In this document: in pieces, positions 50,601 to 59,391 of the stretch | Layout of the letters: every line of letters starts with the position of its first letter | How positions within the stretch are numbered: position 1 is the stretch's first letter | From: Anaerolineae bacterium | GTDB taxonomy: Bacteria; Chloroflexota; Anaerolineae; S140-20 | Direction of reading: 5' to 3' | NCBI GenBank assembly: GCA_027021705.1 | Contig: JALUTT010000144.1 | Coordinates: 1 to 64,000, forward strand | Length of the DNA: 64,000 nucleotides | Notes under the pieces: generated by a model | The model's database searches: none | Seen by the model: only the letters and a program-made list of their open reading frames with translations | Told to the model about the DNA's origin: nothing | Translations under genes and position numbers: made by a program

Positions 50601-52108
50601 TGGAAGGCGGCTGGTTGCTTCGTTCTCTGGAGGGCCATACTGGTTGGGTGTTGGCCGTGGCAGTGAACCCCAACGGGCAGCTTATCGTCAGTGGGTCGAA
50701 TGACGGCACAGTGAAGGTGTGGGAGGCGGCCAGTGGCCGTCCGGTGCGCTCCCTGGAGGGGCACACCGATTGGGTGAACGCCGTGGCGGTGAGCCCGGAC
50801 GGGCGGTTCGTCGTCAGCGGGTCGTCGGACGGGACGGTGAAGGTGTGGGAGATGGGGAGCGGCCGGCTGCTCCGCTCCCTGGAGGGGCACACCGGTTGGG
50901 TGAACGCCGTGGCGGTGAGCCCGGACGGGCGGTTCGTCGTCAGCGGGTCGTCGGATGGGACGGTGAAGGTGTGGGAGGTGGAGAGCGGCCGGCTGCTCCG
51001 CTCCCTGGAGGGGCACACCGATGATGTGACCGCCGTGGCGGTGAGCCCGGACGGACAGTTCGTCGTCAGCGGGTCGAGAGACCGGACGGTGAAGGTGTGG
51101 GAGTTGGGGAGCGGCCGGCTGCTGCGCTCCCTGGAAGGGCACACCGGAGGGGTGAGGGTCGTGGTGGTGAGCCCCGACGGGCAGTTCATTGTCAGTGGAT
51201 CGGAAGACCGGACGGTGAAGATGTGGGATGTAGAAGGCGATCGGCTGCTGCGCTCCTCAGAGGGCCACATAGGGGGAGTGAAGGCTGTAGCGGTGCATGG
51301 GCAGTTCATTGTTAGTGGATCGGCTGACGGGACGGTGAAGGTGTGGGGGGCGGAGAACGGCCGGCTGCTGCGAACCCTGGAGGGACATACTTGGGCGGTG
51401 TGGGCCGTGGTGGTGAGCTCCGACGGGCAGTTCGTCGTCGGCGGGTCGGAGGACAAGGCGGTGAAGGTGTGGGAGGCGGCCAGCGGCCGGCTGCTCCGCT
51501 CCCTGGAGGGGCACACCGATGCGGTGTGGGCCGTGGCGGTGAGCCCCGATGGGCGGTTCGTCGTCAGCGGGTCGAGAGACGGGACGGTCAAGGTGTGGGA
51601 GATGGGGAGCGGCCGGCTGCTCCGCTTCCTGGAGGGGCACACCGGGGGGGTGAGGGCCGTGGCGGTGTACGGGCGGTTCGTCGTCAGCGGGTCGAGAGAC
51701 GGGACGGTGAAGGTGTGGGAGGTGGAGAGCGGCCGGCTGCTCCGCTCCCTGGAGGGGCACACCTGGGGGGTGAGCGCCGTGGCGGTGAGCCTGGACGGGC
51801 GGGTCGTCGTCAGCGGGTCGGGAGACGGGACGGTGAAGGTGTGGGAGTTGGGGAGCGGCCGGCTGCTCCGCTCCCTGGAGGGGCACACCGATGATGTGAC
51901 CGCCGTGGCGGTGAGCCCGGACGGACAGTTCGTCGTCAGCGGGTCGGACGACCGGACGGTGCGGGCTTGGGACCCGGAGGATGGCACCTCACGGGTGCTC
52001 TTCTGGAACGACGCCCCCGTTCTCGGTCTGGCCCTCTCCCTCGATGGCCGCCTCCTGGCCTGCGGCGACGGCGTGGGGCGGGTGTGGATCTTCGAGTGGG
52101 TGCGGTAG
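47684..52108 (+). CDS. NLR-like STAND protein: short N-terminal domain + amyloid-like motif + NB-ARC + 21 WD40 repeats
   Basis: GMGGIGKT, LVVLDDVW, CGYLPLAL, LHDL; LEGHT...SGS.D.TVKVW repeats. Confidence 0.92.
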   Translation: MNQPNLAAALERIRRGRERPEDLALLARAVREGRVVLATGERAVALGGDAQDVVIVTGDKNVVTVLRGVERERLYRRLPLFNVPELPTHYLPREEELAHVRERLLRSEGEVVGIVGVRGMGGIGKTVLAAALARDSAVRAAFPDGVVWLSLGREPKLVARQEDLALALTGRRERFRDSVQGKGLLRSLVGDKAALVVLDDVWEARHVEAFQVLGERGRLLLTTRNQDVLDTVGAQTYPLDVLSKEQAWQLLADWAGRPVEALPVEAKQVAHECGYLPLALAMVGAAVRYGISWKRVLHRLQKADLEKLKTRFPGYPYPNLLVALEVSVEALDEEARERYHDLAVFPEEEPIPLDVLAIFWASLELDEDDIWDLAEGFVNRSLARWADKARSALTLHDLQHDYLRTVNKARLPNLHRGLLRAYAFSLGATDYPRTSIPWVEMQRASLLQYFRDPDLSPDSRHRHLAQHTVPLRYFWNHLVYHHIGARWWTPLYAVLADFDFLEARCWVTSPYNLEADYRRALAAWPEGDGERRGVLAAFEERVRLEAPHIARAPEWLFPALYNHLTWLDAPDGPLHRLCEAAAEGRRNWLRSRLDPRPEPPLWLCSLEGHTEPVLAVAVSPDGRFVVSGSSDKTVKVWEAESGRLLRSLEGHTDVVWAVAVSPDGQFVVSGSSDGTVKVWELESGRLLRSLEGHTDGVNAVAVSPDGRFVVSGSSDGTVRVWELAGGRLLRSLEGHTDGVNAVAVSLDGRVVVSGSSDRTVKVWEMGSGRLLRSLEGHTEPVWTVAVSPDGRFLVSGSRDGTVKVWEMGSGRLLRSLEGHTGPVRAVAVSPDGQFVVGGSWDGTVKVWEMASGRLVCSLEGHTGGVNAVAVSPDGRFVVGGSDDGTVKVWEMASGRPVCSLEGHTGGVNAVAVNPDGRTIVSGSSDCTVKLWEVVSGRLLRSLKDHTGGVNAVAVCGRFIASGSADGTVKVWGVEGGWLLRSLEGHTGWVLAVAVNPNGQLIVSGSNDGTVKVWEAASGRPVRSLEGHTDWVNAVAVSPDGRFVVSGSSDGTVKVWEMGSGRLLRSLEGHTGWVNAVAVSPDGRFVVSGSSDGTVKVWEVESGRLLRSLEGHTDDVTAVAVSPDGQFVVSGSRDRTVKVWELGSGRLLRSLEGHTGGVRVVVVSPDGQFIVSGSEDRTVKMWDVEGDRLLRSSEGHIGGVKAVAVHGQFIVSGSADGTVKVWGAENGRLLRTLEGHTWAVWAVVVSSDGQFVVGGSEDKAVKVWEAASGRLLRSLEGHTDAVWAVAVSPDGRFVVSGSRDGTVKVWEMGSGRLLRFLEGHTGGVRAVAVYGRFVVSGSRDGTVKVWEVESGRLLRSLEGHTWGVSAVAVSLDGRVVVSGSGDGTVKVWELGSGRLLRSLEGHTDDVTAVAVSPDGQFVVSGSDDRTVRAWDPEDGTSRVLFWNDAPVLGLALSLDGRLLACGDGVGRVWIFEWVR
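49499..52105 (+). repeat. Intragenic 126-bp (some 120-bp) WD40 tandem repeats
   Basis: 20 near-identical units plus one divergent terminal unit. Confidence 0.95.
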
Positions 52109-52155
52109 GTCGAAGGGACGTTTTGACCGACTTCTGGGAAGGAGCTGCTTTTCCG

Positions 52156-52854
52156 ATGGGCGCTAACCATCCGGCCGAGGGGATCCGCGTCGTGATCGTA
52201 GACGATCACCCCATCGTCCGGGCCGGTATGCGTGCGGTGCTGGAGGGGGCGGAGGGGATCACCGTCGTGGCCGAGGGGGCCGACGGCGACGACGCCCTCC
52301 GCCTGACGGCCCACCACCGGCCCGACGTGCTGGTCCTGGACGTGCACCTGCCCGATCTGAACGGCCTGGAGGTGGTCCGACGCCTCCGCGCAGGGGGCAG
52401 CACTACCGCCATCCTCGTCCTGACCGCCTACGACGACCGGCAGACCGTCTTCGGCCTGTTGGAGGGCGGCGCGACCGGCTACGTCCTCAAGGACGAGGCG
52501 CTGGAGACGTTGGTCCGGGCGGTGCGGGCGGCCGCCCGGGGGGAGAGCTGGCTCAGCCCCTCCGTGGCCCGTCAGGTCGTGCGCCGGGCCGTCGGCGAGG
52601 CGGGGGGGGAGCCCGAGCCGCTTCTCTCCTCGCTCACCCCGCGCGAGCGCGAGGTGCTCGTCCTCCTGGCCCAGGGCCTCGACAACGCCGCCATCGCCCG
52701 CCGGCTGGGGGTGACCAAACGGACGGTGCAGAACCACGTGAGCAACATCTACGGCAAGCTGGACGTCTCCTCCCGCACGGAGGCCGCCCTCCTCGCCATC
52801 CGCCACGGGGTGGTCGAACTCCCGCCGCCCGAGGATGGGCGGTATGCACCCTAA
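52156..52854 (+). CDS. NarL/LuxR family response regulator
   Basis: IVDDH, VLDVHLP, YVLK; LTPREREVL...TVQNHVSNIYGKL. Confidence 0.95.
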   Translation: MGANHPAEGIRVVIVDDHPIVRAGMRAVLEGAEGITVVAEGADGDDALRLTAHHRPDVLVLDVHLPDLNGLEVVRRLRAGGSTTAILVLTAYDDRQTVFGLLEGGATGYVLKDEALETLVRAVRAAARGESWLSPSVARQVVRRAVGEAGGEPEPLLSSLTPREREVLVLLAQGLDNAAIARRLGVTKRTVQNHVSNIYGKLDVSSRTEAALLAIRHGVVELPPPEDGRYAP

Positions 52855-55156
52855 ACCGGGCCGCCGGGATCGTTTCGTGCGCTGGGCGCTGGCCCTGCTG
52901 GTGCCCCTGGTGCCCGTGTTGGCGGGGTACGTCTTCTACGTCCAGCGGCACACGCCCGTGCTGGATTTTCGCCTGGATGGGCGCACGGGGCGGGTGCTCA
53001 GCGTTCCTCAAGAGAGCTTCGCCGACTGGGCCGGCCTCCAGCCCGGAGACCTCATCCTGTCGGTGGACGGCGTGCCCTTCTCGGAGTGGCTCGAGCCGGC
53101 TCCGGGGAACTACGCCGTGGAGATCGAACGGGCCGGCCATTGCCTGACGCTGGAGCTGCCGCTCATCCCCCTCGTGAAGGTCAACGCCGGCTCCCTGATC
53201 GGCGGCGTCCTCGTTGCCCTGGTCTTCTGGGGGGCCGGCGTGTTGCTCCTCTGGCGGCGCTCCTGGCGGTCGGACGTGCGCATTCTCTTCCTGCTCTCCC
53301 AGGTCTTCGCCGTCGCCGCGCTGTTTCTGCTGGCCCATCCGACCGGGGTGCGCCCCCTCTGGATGTCGCAGGCGTGCGTCGCCTGCTTCCACCTGGCCGG
53401 CCCCTTGCTGGTGCACCACAGCCTGACCTTCCCCCACCCGCTGGGTTCCCCGGCCCGGCGGCGTTGGGGGATGGGCCTGGTCTACGGGCTGGCGCTGGTT
53501 GTGTTGACCGGCCTGCTCTGGGGGAGGCTCCTCTGGACCCGCCTGGGGGTGCTCTACCCCACCGTCGAGGTGGCCGTCGCCATCGGCGTGATGGTCTACG
53601 TCTACGTCCGTCGGGCCACACCCGATGGGCGCCGCCGGTTGCGCCTCCTCCTCTTCGGCAACGCGGTGGCGGGGGTGCCTTCCGTCCTCTTCTACCTCCT
53701 GCCCTCCGTCGTCGGCCTCCCCTCCCGGATGCCGGGGTGGGTGATGGGCCTCTTCTTGGTCGCCGCGCCGCTGAGCTACCTCTACGCGATGACGCGGCAC
53801 AACCTGTTCGGCGTGGACCGGCTGCTCAACCGGGCGCTGGTCTACGCGCTCCTCTCGCTGGGGATCCTGCTCCTCTACCTGGGGCTGTTCGTGGGGATCT
53901 ACCGCTTCCTGCCCGGCGATCCCCTGCTGGAGATGATGGCCGCCACCGGGCTGACGTTGCTGGTGGGCTTCTCCTTCAACGAGCTGCGGGTGCGGGTGCA
54001 GCGGCTGGTGGACCGCCTCTTCTACGGCGGCTGGTACGACTACGCCAGCGTGGTCGAGGCGGTCAGCGATGCCCTGGCCCGCACCCTCGACCGCGACCGG
54101 CTGACCGAGGTGCTCACCCGTCGGGTGCCGGCGATGATGCGCCTGCACCCCGGCCGGCTGGAGATCGGCGAGCCCGGGGAGTTGCCCTCCGACGACCTGC
54201 CTCCCTCCCCGACGACGGCCCGGTTTCGGCTGAGCTTCCGAGGGCAGGCGCGGGCCGTGTGGACGGCCGGACCGCGCCGGGATGGGGACGATCTGACCGA
54301 GACCGACCGGCGCATCCTCCAGACGCTGGCCCGGCAGGCGGAGGTGGCGCTGGGCAACGTGCTGTTGATCGAGGCGCTGCGCCACCGGTTGGACGAGATT
54401 CGCGCCGTGCAAAACCGGCTCCTCCGCTCCCGTGAGGAGGAGCGGGCCCGTCTGGCCCGGGAGCTGCACGACAGCCCCGTCCAACTGCTGGTGGGGCTGA
54501 ACCTCCAGTTGGGGCTCCTGCTGGCCGGGATGCCGTCCGATGAGCCGGACACCTCCGGCCTGGTGCGGGAACTGACGGCCGTGCGTGCCCAGGTCCGCCG
54601 GCTGCTGGCCGACCTGCGGCAGGTGTGCGCCGAGCTGCGTCCGCCGATGCTGGATACCCTGGGGTTGGGGGCGGCCTTCCGCGCCCTCCTCGACGAGTGG
54701 TCGGCCCAGAGCGGTGTGGAGGCGCACGCCGACCTGCTCCCCGATGAGGCGCTGCGTGCTCTGCCGGACGAGGTCGCCGTCAACCTCTACCGCGTGGTGC
54801 AGGAGGCGCTGTCCAACGTCGCCCGCCACGCCGACGCCCGGAGGGTCACCCTCCGGTTGACCGAGGAGGGGGACCGCCTGGTCCTGACCGTCCGGGATGA
54901 TGGACGGGGCTTCGTGCCCGCCGCTCCCCGCGATCTGGTCGCGCGGGGTCACTTCGGCCTGGCCGGGATGCAGGAGCGGGTCGCCCTCATCGGCGGCACG
55001 CTGGCGGTGGAGTCGGCTCCCGGCCGGGGGACGACGGTGCGCGTGGTCTGGGGGGGCGAGTCGGCGATGGAGCGAGTCAGCGAGTCAGCGATGGAGCGAG
55101 TCAGCGAGTCAGCGATGGAGCGAGTCAGCGATAAGGAGGGGCTCAATGACGTATGA
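52844..55156 (+). CDS. Membrane sensor histidine kinase (PDZ-like, multi-TM, GAF-like, HisKA_3, HATPase)
   Basis: AGLQPGDLI; EEERARLARELHD; QEALSNVARHA; DDGRGF; GLAGMQER; tail extended by repeats (ESAMERVS). Confidence 0.93.
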   Translation: MHPKPGRRDRFVRWALALLVPLVPVLAGYVFYVQRHTPVLDFRLDGRTGRVLSVPQESFADWAGLQPGDLILSVDGVPFSEWLEPAPGNYAVEIERAGHCLTLELPLIPLVKVNAGSLIGGVLVALVFWGAGVLLLWRRSWRSDVRILFLLSQVFAVAALFLLAHPTGVRPLWMSQACVACFHLAGPLLVHHSLTFPHPLGSPARRRWGMGLVYGLALVVLTGLLWGRLLWTRLGVLYPTVEVAVAIGVMVYVYVRRATPDGRRRLRLLLFGNAVAGVPSVLFYLLPSVVGLPSRMPGWVMGLFLVAAPLSYLYAMTRHNLFGVDRLLNRALVYALLSLGILLLYLGLFVGIYRFLPGDPLLEMMAATGLTLLVGFSFNELRVRVQRLVDRLFYGGWYDYASVVEAVSDALARTLDRDRLTEVLTRRVPAMMRLHPGRLEIGEPGELPSDDLPPSPTTARFRLSFRGQARAVWTAGPRRDGDDLTETDRRILQTLARQAEVALGNVLLIEALRHRLDEIRAVQNRLLRSREEERARLARELHDSPVQLLVGLNLQLGLLLAGMPSDEPDTSGLVRELTAVRAQVRRLLADLRQVCAELRPPMLDTLGLGAAFRALLDEWSAQSGVEAHADLLPDEALRALPDEVAVNLYRVVQEALSNVARHADARRVTLRLTEEGDRLVLTVRDDGRGFVPAAPRDLVARGHFGLAGMQERVALIGGTLAVESAPGRGTTVRVVWGGESAMERVSESAMERVSESAMERVSDKEGLNDV
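55056..55131. repeat. Octamer array upstream of the four-helix-bundle gene (GCGAGTCA/GCGATGGA)
   Basis: Direct reading. Confidence 0.9.
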
Positions 55157-55544
55157 GGAGTGGGAGGCGAAGGTTCACAAACGGATGGCAAGAGAACCGA
55201 TATGGCGATTCTTGGGCTATCGCAAGGCTCTCTTTCTCTACGACCTGGCCTGGGAAGATTGCGGGCGACTGATGCGCGATGTGCGCGGCCGAGCTGTGGC
55301 TGAACAGCTGATTCGCAGCGCCGGCTCGATCTGTGCCAATCTTGAAGAAGGGCATGGACGGGGCTATGGGAAGCAAAGGAACTGGTTTTTCACGGTCGCC
55401 ATTGGGTCAGCCCGTGAGAGCAAAGGATGGTATTGGCGCGCCAGAAAGCTCTTGCCGTCCCAAGTCCTGGACCACCGCCTGGCCCTGGTTGACGAGGTGA
55501 TCTCTTTGCTGGTCAGCGAACTCGCCCACCAGCGTTCCCGCTGA
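55146..55544 (+). CDS. Four-helix-bundle protein (23S rRNA IVP / Avd-like family)
   Basis: QLIRSAGSICANLEEGHGR...F..AIGSARESKGW; RBS AAGGAGG. Confidence 0.9.
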   Translation: MTYEEWEAKVHKRMAREPIWRFLGYRKALFLYDLAWEDCGRLMRDVRGRAVAEQLIRSAGSICANLEEGHGRGYGKQRNWFFTVAIGSARESKGWYWRARKLLPSQVLDHRLALVDEVISLLVSELAHQRSR

Positions 55545-55664
55545 CCCGCCGACCCGCCGACCCGCCAACCCGCCGCCTCGCCGACTCGCAGACTCGCCGC
55601 CTCGCCGACCCGCTGCCTCGCCGATTCGCTGACCCGCTGACCCGCTGACTCGCCGATTCGCTCC
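55538..55664. repeat. Octamer array downstream of the four-helix gene, inverse of the upstream array (TGACTCGC/CGACCCGC)
   Basis: Direct reading. Confidence 0.9.
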
Positions 55665-55741
55665 AGTACCCCGGTACCGATTTTTCCCCCGCAAAAACAG
55701 TACCCCGCCCCGATGACACCCCCCCGGTTCTGTGCTACACT
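55664..55741 (+). promoter_or_regulatory. Promoter with upstream direct repeats (possible response-regulator sites)
   Basis: CAGTACCCCG at 55664 and 55698; ATGACA-17-TACACT with extended TG. Confidence 0.5.
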
Positions 55742-55803
55742 GTTGGGCAGGTAGCGCTCTGCACGCCCTGTCTCCCCCCATAACACGCCCTACGGAGCCT
55801 TCG

Positions 55804-56190
55804 ATGACCCGCGTTCTGATCGTGGACGACCGGCCCGCCTTCCGGCACCAACTGCGCCTGCTGCTGACCGCCGCCGGGCTGACGGTCGTCGGCGAGGCGG
55901 GGGACATTCCCCAGGCGGAGGCGATGGTGGAGGAGCTGAGGCCGGACCTGGCAGTCGTGGACGTGATGCTGCCGGGGGTCAACGGGGTGGAAGGCGTGCC
56001 TCGCCTCAAGGCCCTGGCTCCCAACCTGCGGGTGATCCTGGTCAGCGCCTACCGTGACCGAGCCGACCTCTTCCGCACGGCGGCGCAAGAGGCGGGCGCC
56101 GAGGCGTTCATCCCCAAGGATGCGCTAGACCTGGACGTGGTGCAAGCGTGGCGCTCGAAGGGAGGTAGTGCGAGAAAGGGGGAAACGTAG
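55804..56190 (+). CDS. Stand-alone receiver (REC) protein
   Basis: VLIVDD, VVDVMLPG.NG, VSAY, FIPK. Confidence 0.9.
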   Translation: MTRVLIVDDRPAFRHQLRLLLTAAGLTVVGEAGDIPQAEAMVEELRPDLAVVDVMLPGVNGVEGVPRLKALAPNLRVILVSAYRDRADLFRTAAQEAGAEAFIPKDALDLDVVQAWRSKGGSARKGET

Positions 56191-56246
56191 GAAGTGAAGC
56201 GTGATCCTCAAGCTCCGTTCCAATCCATTGAACCAGGAGGTCAGCG

Positions 56247-57278
56247 ATGAAAAAAGGGAAGTATCTCATTGGTGCGGGCATGGTGGTGCTCTTGTTGGCT
56301 CTGGCAGCCGGCTTCGTCCTGGCTCAGGGGCCGGAACCCCAGGACGAGACGGCCCCGGACGAAGCGGCGGCAGTAAACACCATCGTGCCCATCCAGGGGC
56401 GGTTGACCGACGCCGGCGGCAGCCCGCTCAACGGCGATCACAGCATCAGGGCGCGCCTCTATGACGCCGATACCGGCGGCACCGCGCTCTGTGAGGACAC
56501 GGACACCGTGACGGTGGAAGACGGCCTGTTCAACATGGAGATGAACTGGTGCTCGGCCTCGGACATTGACGGCAAGTCGCTCTGGCTGGGCATCGCGGTG
56601 GACGGCGACCCGGAGATGGAACCCCGCCAGCCCATCTACCCTGTTCCCTACGCCTGGAGTCTGAGACCGGGGGCGATCATCAGTGACACGTCGAGTTCTA
56701 CGGCGCTGACCGTGTCCAACTACGGCAGCGGCACGGGGCTGCACGCCTCCAGTGAGAGCGGCGTTGCCCTTCGCGTCGCCGGGACCGGCGTCATCCAAAG
56801 CACGGCCAGTACCAGCATTTGGATTCCGGGCAGCGCCGCCGTCGTGCGGATCGGCACCAGCGGACTGGACATCTTGTATCACGGTGACGGCATCGCCCGG
56901 TTGGACGCGACCACCGATGGGACCAAGCAGATCGTGATCCCCCTCTCGGTGCCGGCCGTGCTCTATGGGCAACAGGTGCAGGTAAAGGGAGTCACGTTCC
57001 GATACAAGTGTGCCGGCGCCAGCGGCAGTTACATTGACCAAGTGAAGGTGTACCGCCACGATGGTTTGGGGAATTCCCGTACCATATTCGATGCCACGAC
57101 CGACCTCCTGTGCGGGGATGCCACGTGGCATTCGATGTACTACGCCCCTTCCACCGACAATGTGCTTTCCAGCGACGACGGGATTCTCACCTTCGAGGTC
57201 ACGGCGAGCATGAACGCTGCTGCCGGCTCCGAAATCTGGATCGCGGGTGTGGGGGTATACCTGGGCCATGACGGGTAG
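56247..57278 (+). CDS. Secreted/surface protein of unknown function
   Basis: Signal peptide; IPIQGRLTD..G.PLNG...LWLGIAV..D.EM.PRQ...VPYA domain. Confidence 0.75.
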   Translation: MKKGKYLIGAGMVVLLLALAAGFVLAQGPEPQDETAPDEAAAVNTIVPIQGRLTDAGGSPLNGDHSIRARLYDADTGGTALCEDTDTVTVEDGLFNMEMNWCSASDIDGKSLWLGIAVDGDPEMEPRQPIYPVPYAWSLRPGAIISDTSSSTALTVSNYGSGTGLHASSESGVALRVAGTGVIQSTASTSIWIPGSAAVVRIGTSGLDILYHGDGIARLDATTDGTKQIVIPLSVPAVLYGQQVQVKGVTFRYKCAGASGSYIDQVKVYRHDGLGNSRTIFDATTDLLCGDATWHSMYYAPSTDNVLSSDDGILTFEVTASMNAAAGSEIWIAGVGVYLGHDG

Positions 57279-57288
57279 GAGGGCAGCT

Positions 57289-57573
57289 ATGGACAAGCGA
57301 TTCACCACCACGCTGTTAGCGGCCATCCTTTGTGTCGCGCTGATCACCGGGATTGCCCAGGCCATGTCGTCCACCAACTACCGGCTGGACTGGTTCACCC
57401 CGTTGACCGGCACCGGCGGGTCGGCCAACTCCACCAACTATGCCGTCAGCTTCACCGTTGGGCAATCGGCCTCCGGCGCTTTCACCGGCACGAACTATGG
57501 GGCTTGCCTGGGCTACTGGTGCGAGTCGGCGGTCGAGTACAGCGTCTACCTGCCCGTGGTGCTACGGAACTAG
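57289..57573 (+). CDS. Small secreted protein with C-terminal YLPVVLRN motif
   Basis: Signal peptide, S.NY repeats, YSVYLPVVLRN*; RBS AGGAGG. Confidence 0.75.
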   Translation: MDKRFTTTLLAAILCVALITGIAQAMSSTNYRLDWFTPLTGTGGSANSTNYAVSFTVGQSASGAFTGTNYGACLGYWCESAVEYSVYLPVVLRN

Positions 57574-57579
57574 CGTTGA

Positions 57580-57612
57580 GACCTCCGAGGCCTCCTACAG
57601 GCCTCGGAGGTC
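57580..57612. repeat. REP-like palindrome
   Basis: GACCTCCGAGGCCT / AGGCCTCGGAGGTC. Confidence 0.7.
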
Positions 57613-57637
57613 GAATCGCGTACTTCAAAAGGAGTGA

Positions 57638-59245
57638 GTGGACGTGAACGGGCGATGGGTTCTCAGGGTCACCGTGTCGGGCCTGATCGCCGTGGGCCTT
57701 TTGGGCGTTCTGGCCTCTGCTCTGTCTCCGCGAGCCGGCGGTGCAGCGGTTCCCCAGGCGGGCGCGGCAACGGCGGCCATTGACCGGGCGGCGACGCTGG
57801 CCCAGGTGGACGATGACTTCGACGGCGACGCGCGGCCCGTCGGCGCAGCCCCGGACGTGGGGGCCGACGAGTACGGTGTCCTGTCCTTCACTCCCACCGT
57901 CACGGTCTCCCTACCCCTTGTGGTCAACAACTATGCCACGGGTGGCCTGGTTCAGCCGGCCGACTTCACCTACCTGGGGGCCTTTCGCCTCCCCGGGGGC
58001 GAGGAGCCACCCCGAACCTTTGCCTACGGCGGCAACGCGATGACCTTCAACCCCGACGGCGACCCCGGCAACGCCGATGCCTACCCCGGCTCGCTCTTCA
58101 TCACCGGTCACGACCGGATCGCCTACGGTGGCCTGCCGGACGGCGACCAGATCGCCGAGGTGAGCATCCCCGCCCCCGCCGTCGCCGCCAACCCCGCCGA
58201 CCTACCCCAGGCGAGTTTCATCCAGGGGTTTCACGACGTGTTGGCCGGCCACTTCACCGACCTGGAGGAGATCCCCCGCATCGGGATGCAGTACCTCAAC
58301 CACCCCGCCACCGGCCCGCTGATCCACCTCTGCTGGGGGCAGCATCTCCAGGAGGAGGCCCCCTCCCACGCCTGGTTCAGCCCGACGTTGGACGCCCCGA
58401 ACGTCCAGGGTACGTGGTACATCGGCCACCAGAACCCCTACAGCGTCAACGGCTACATGTTCGACATCCCCACCGCCTGGGCCGACGCGCACGCCCAGGG
58501 GCGCTACCTGGCGACGGGCCGCTTCCGGGACGGCGGGATGGGGGGGATGGGGCCGGCGCTCTTCGCCTACCGCCCCTGGCTGGCCGATGGGTCTCCGCCC
58601 GCCTCGGGGACGCGCCTCTCGGAGACGGTGCTGTTGCTCTACGAGAGCTCCTACAACACCGAGGAGATCACCCGATGCCTCAACGGCTACCAGCACCCCG
58701 ACGAGTGGGAGGGGGGCGCGTGGATCACCACCCCCTCCGGCAAGGCGGCGGTGCTCTTTGCCGGCACCAAGGGCACCGGGGCCAAGTACTGGTACGGCTA
58801 CATCAACCCCGCCGGCCCGGACCGGCCCTGTGTCGAAGAGGCGATGAACAACGACTTTCCCACCTGTCGTCTGGCCGATGGTTCCATCTGTCCGCCGGAG
58901 GACCTGGTGGGCTGCTGCGACCCGGACGTGGACTGCGTCAGCAACCGGGGCTGGTGGTCCAGCCGCTTCGACGCCCAGTTCATCCTCTACGACCCGGCGG
59001 ACCTGGCGCGGGTGGCTGCCGGCGAGATCGCGGCGTGGGAGCCGCAGCCCTACGCGGTGATAGACATTGACGAGCACCTCTACCTCGACCCGCCCGATGG
59101 GGACGAGATCGAGCTGGGGTGGGGGGACCAACGGCGGTCGCGCATCGGTGCGGTGGCCTACGACCGTCAGAACGGCTACCTTTACGTGCTGGAGCTGTAC
59201 GCTGACGGCGCGAAGCCGGTGGTGCACGTGTGGCGGGTGGGGTAG
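57638..59245 (+). CDS. Secreted protein with internal SLPLVVNN motif and putative beta-rich C-terminal domain
   Basis: Signal peptide; D.DG..RP.GAAPDVGADEY; DF.YLGAFRLP...; typical codon usage. Confidence 0.7.
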   Translation: MDVNGRWVLRVTVSGLIAVGLLGVLASALSPRAGGAAVPQAGAATAAIDRAATLAQVDDDFDGDARPVGAAPDVGADEYGVLSFTPTVTVSLPLVVNNYATGGLVQPADFTYLGAFRLPGGEEPPRTFAYGGNAMTFNPDGDPGNADAYPGSLFITGHDRIAYGGLPDGDQIAEVSIPAPAVAANPADLPQASFIQGFHDVLAGHFTDLEEIPRIGMQYLNHPATGPLIHLCWGQHLQEEAPSHAWFSPTLDAPNVQGTWYIGHQNPYSVNGYMFDIPTAWADAHAQGRYLATGRFRDGGMGGMGPALFAYRPWLADGSPPASGTRLSETVLLLYESSYNTEEITRCLNGYQHPDEWEGGAWITTPSGKAAVLFAGTKGTGAKYWYGYINPAGPDRPCVEEAMNNDFPTCRLADGSICPPEDLVGCCDPDVDCVSNRGWWSSRFDAQFILYDPADLARVAAGEIAAWEPQPYAVIDIDEHLYLDPPDGDEIELGWGDQRRSRIGAVAYDRQNGYLYVLELYADGAKPVVHVWRVG

Positions 59246-59391
59246 ATCGGTGGGGTGGGGGCCGGATGTCCTGGTCAACGAGTGTGGTCAACGAATGGGG
59301 GAACGAATAAACGAATGGTGCTTTCGTCGGGTGTTGGTTCTCGTCAACGGGTGGGGGAACGGATGAGCGGATAACGGATGGTTGGGGCCTG

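Noticed and set aside
49499..52105. CRISPR or DGR template/variable repeats
   Set aside because: In-frame coding repeats; variation is not visibly adenine-specific and no reverse transcriptase is present, despite the Avd-like fold nearby
50515..52806. 763-aa repetitive minus-strand ORF
   Set aside because: Antisense of the WD40 repeats and the response regulator
52634..54952. 772-aa minus-strand ORF
   Set aside because: Antisense shadow of the histidine kinase
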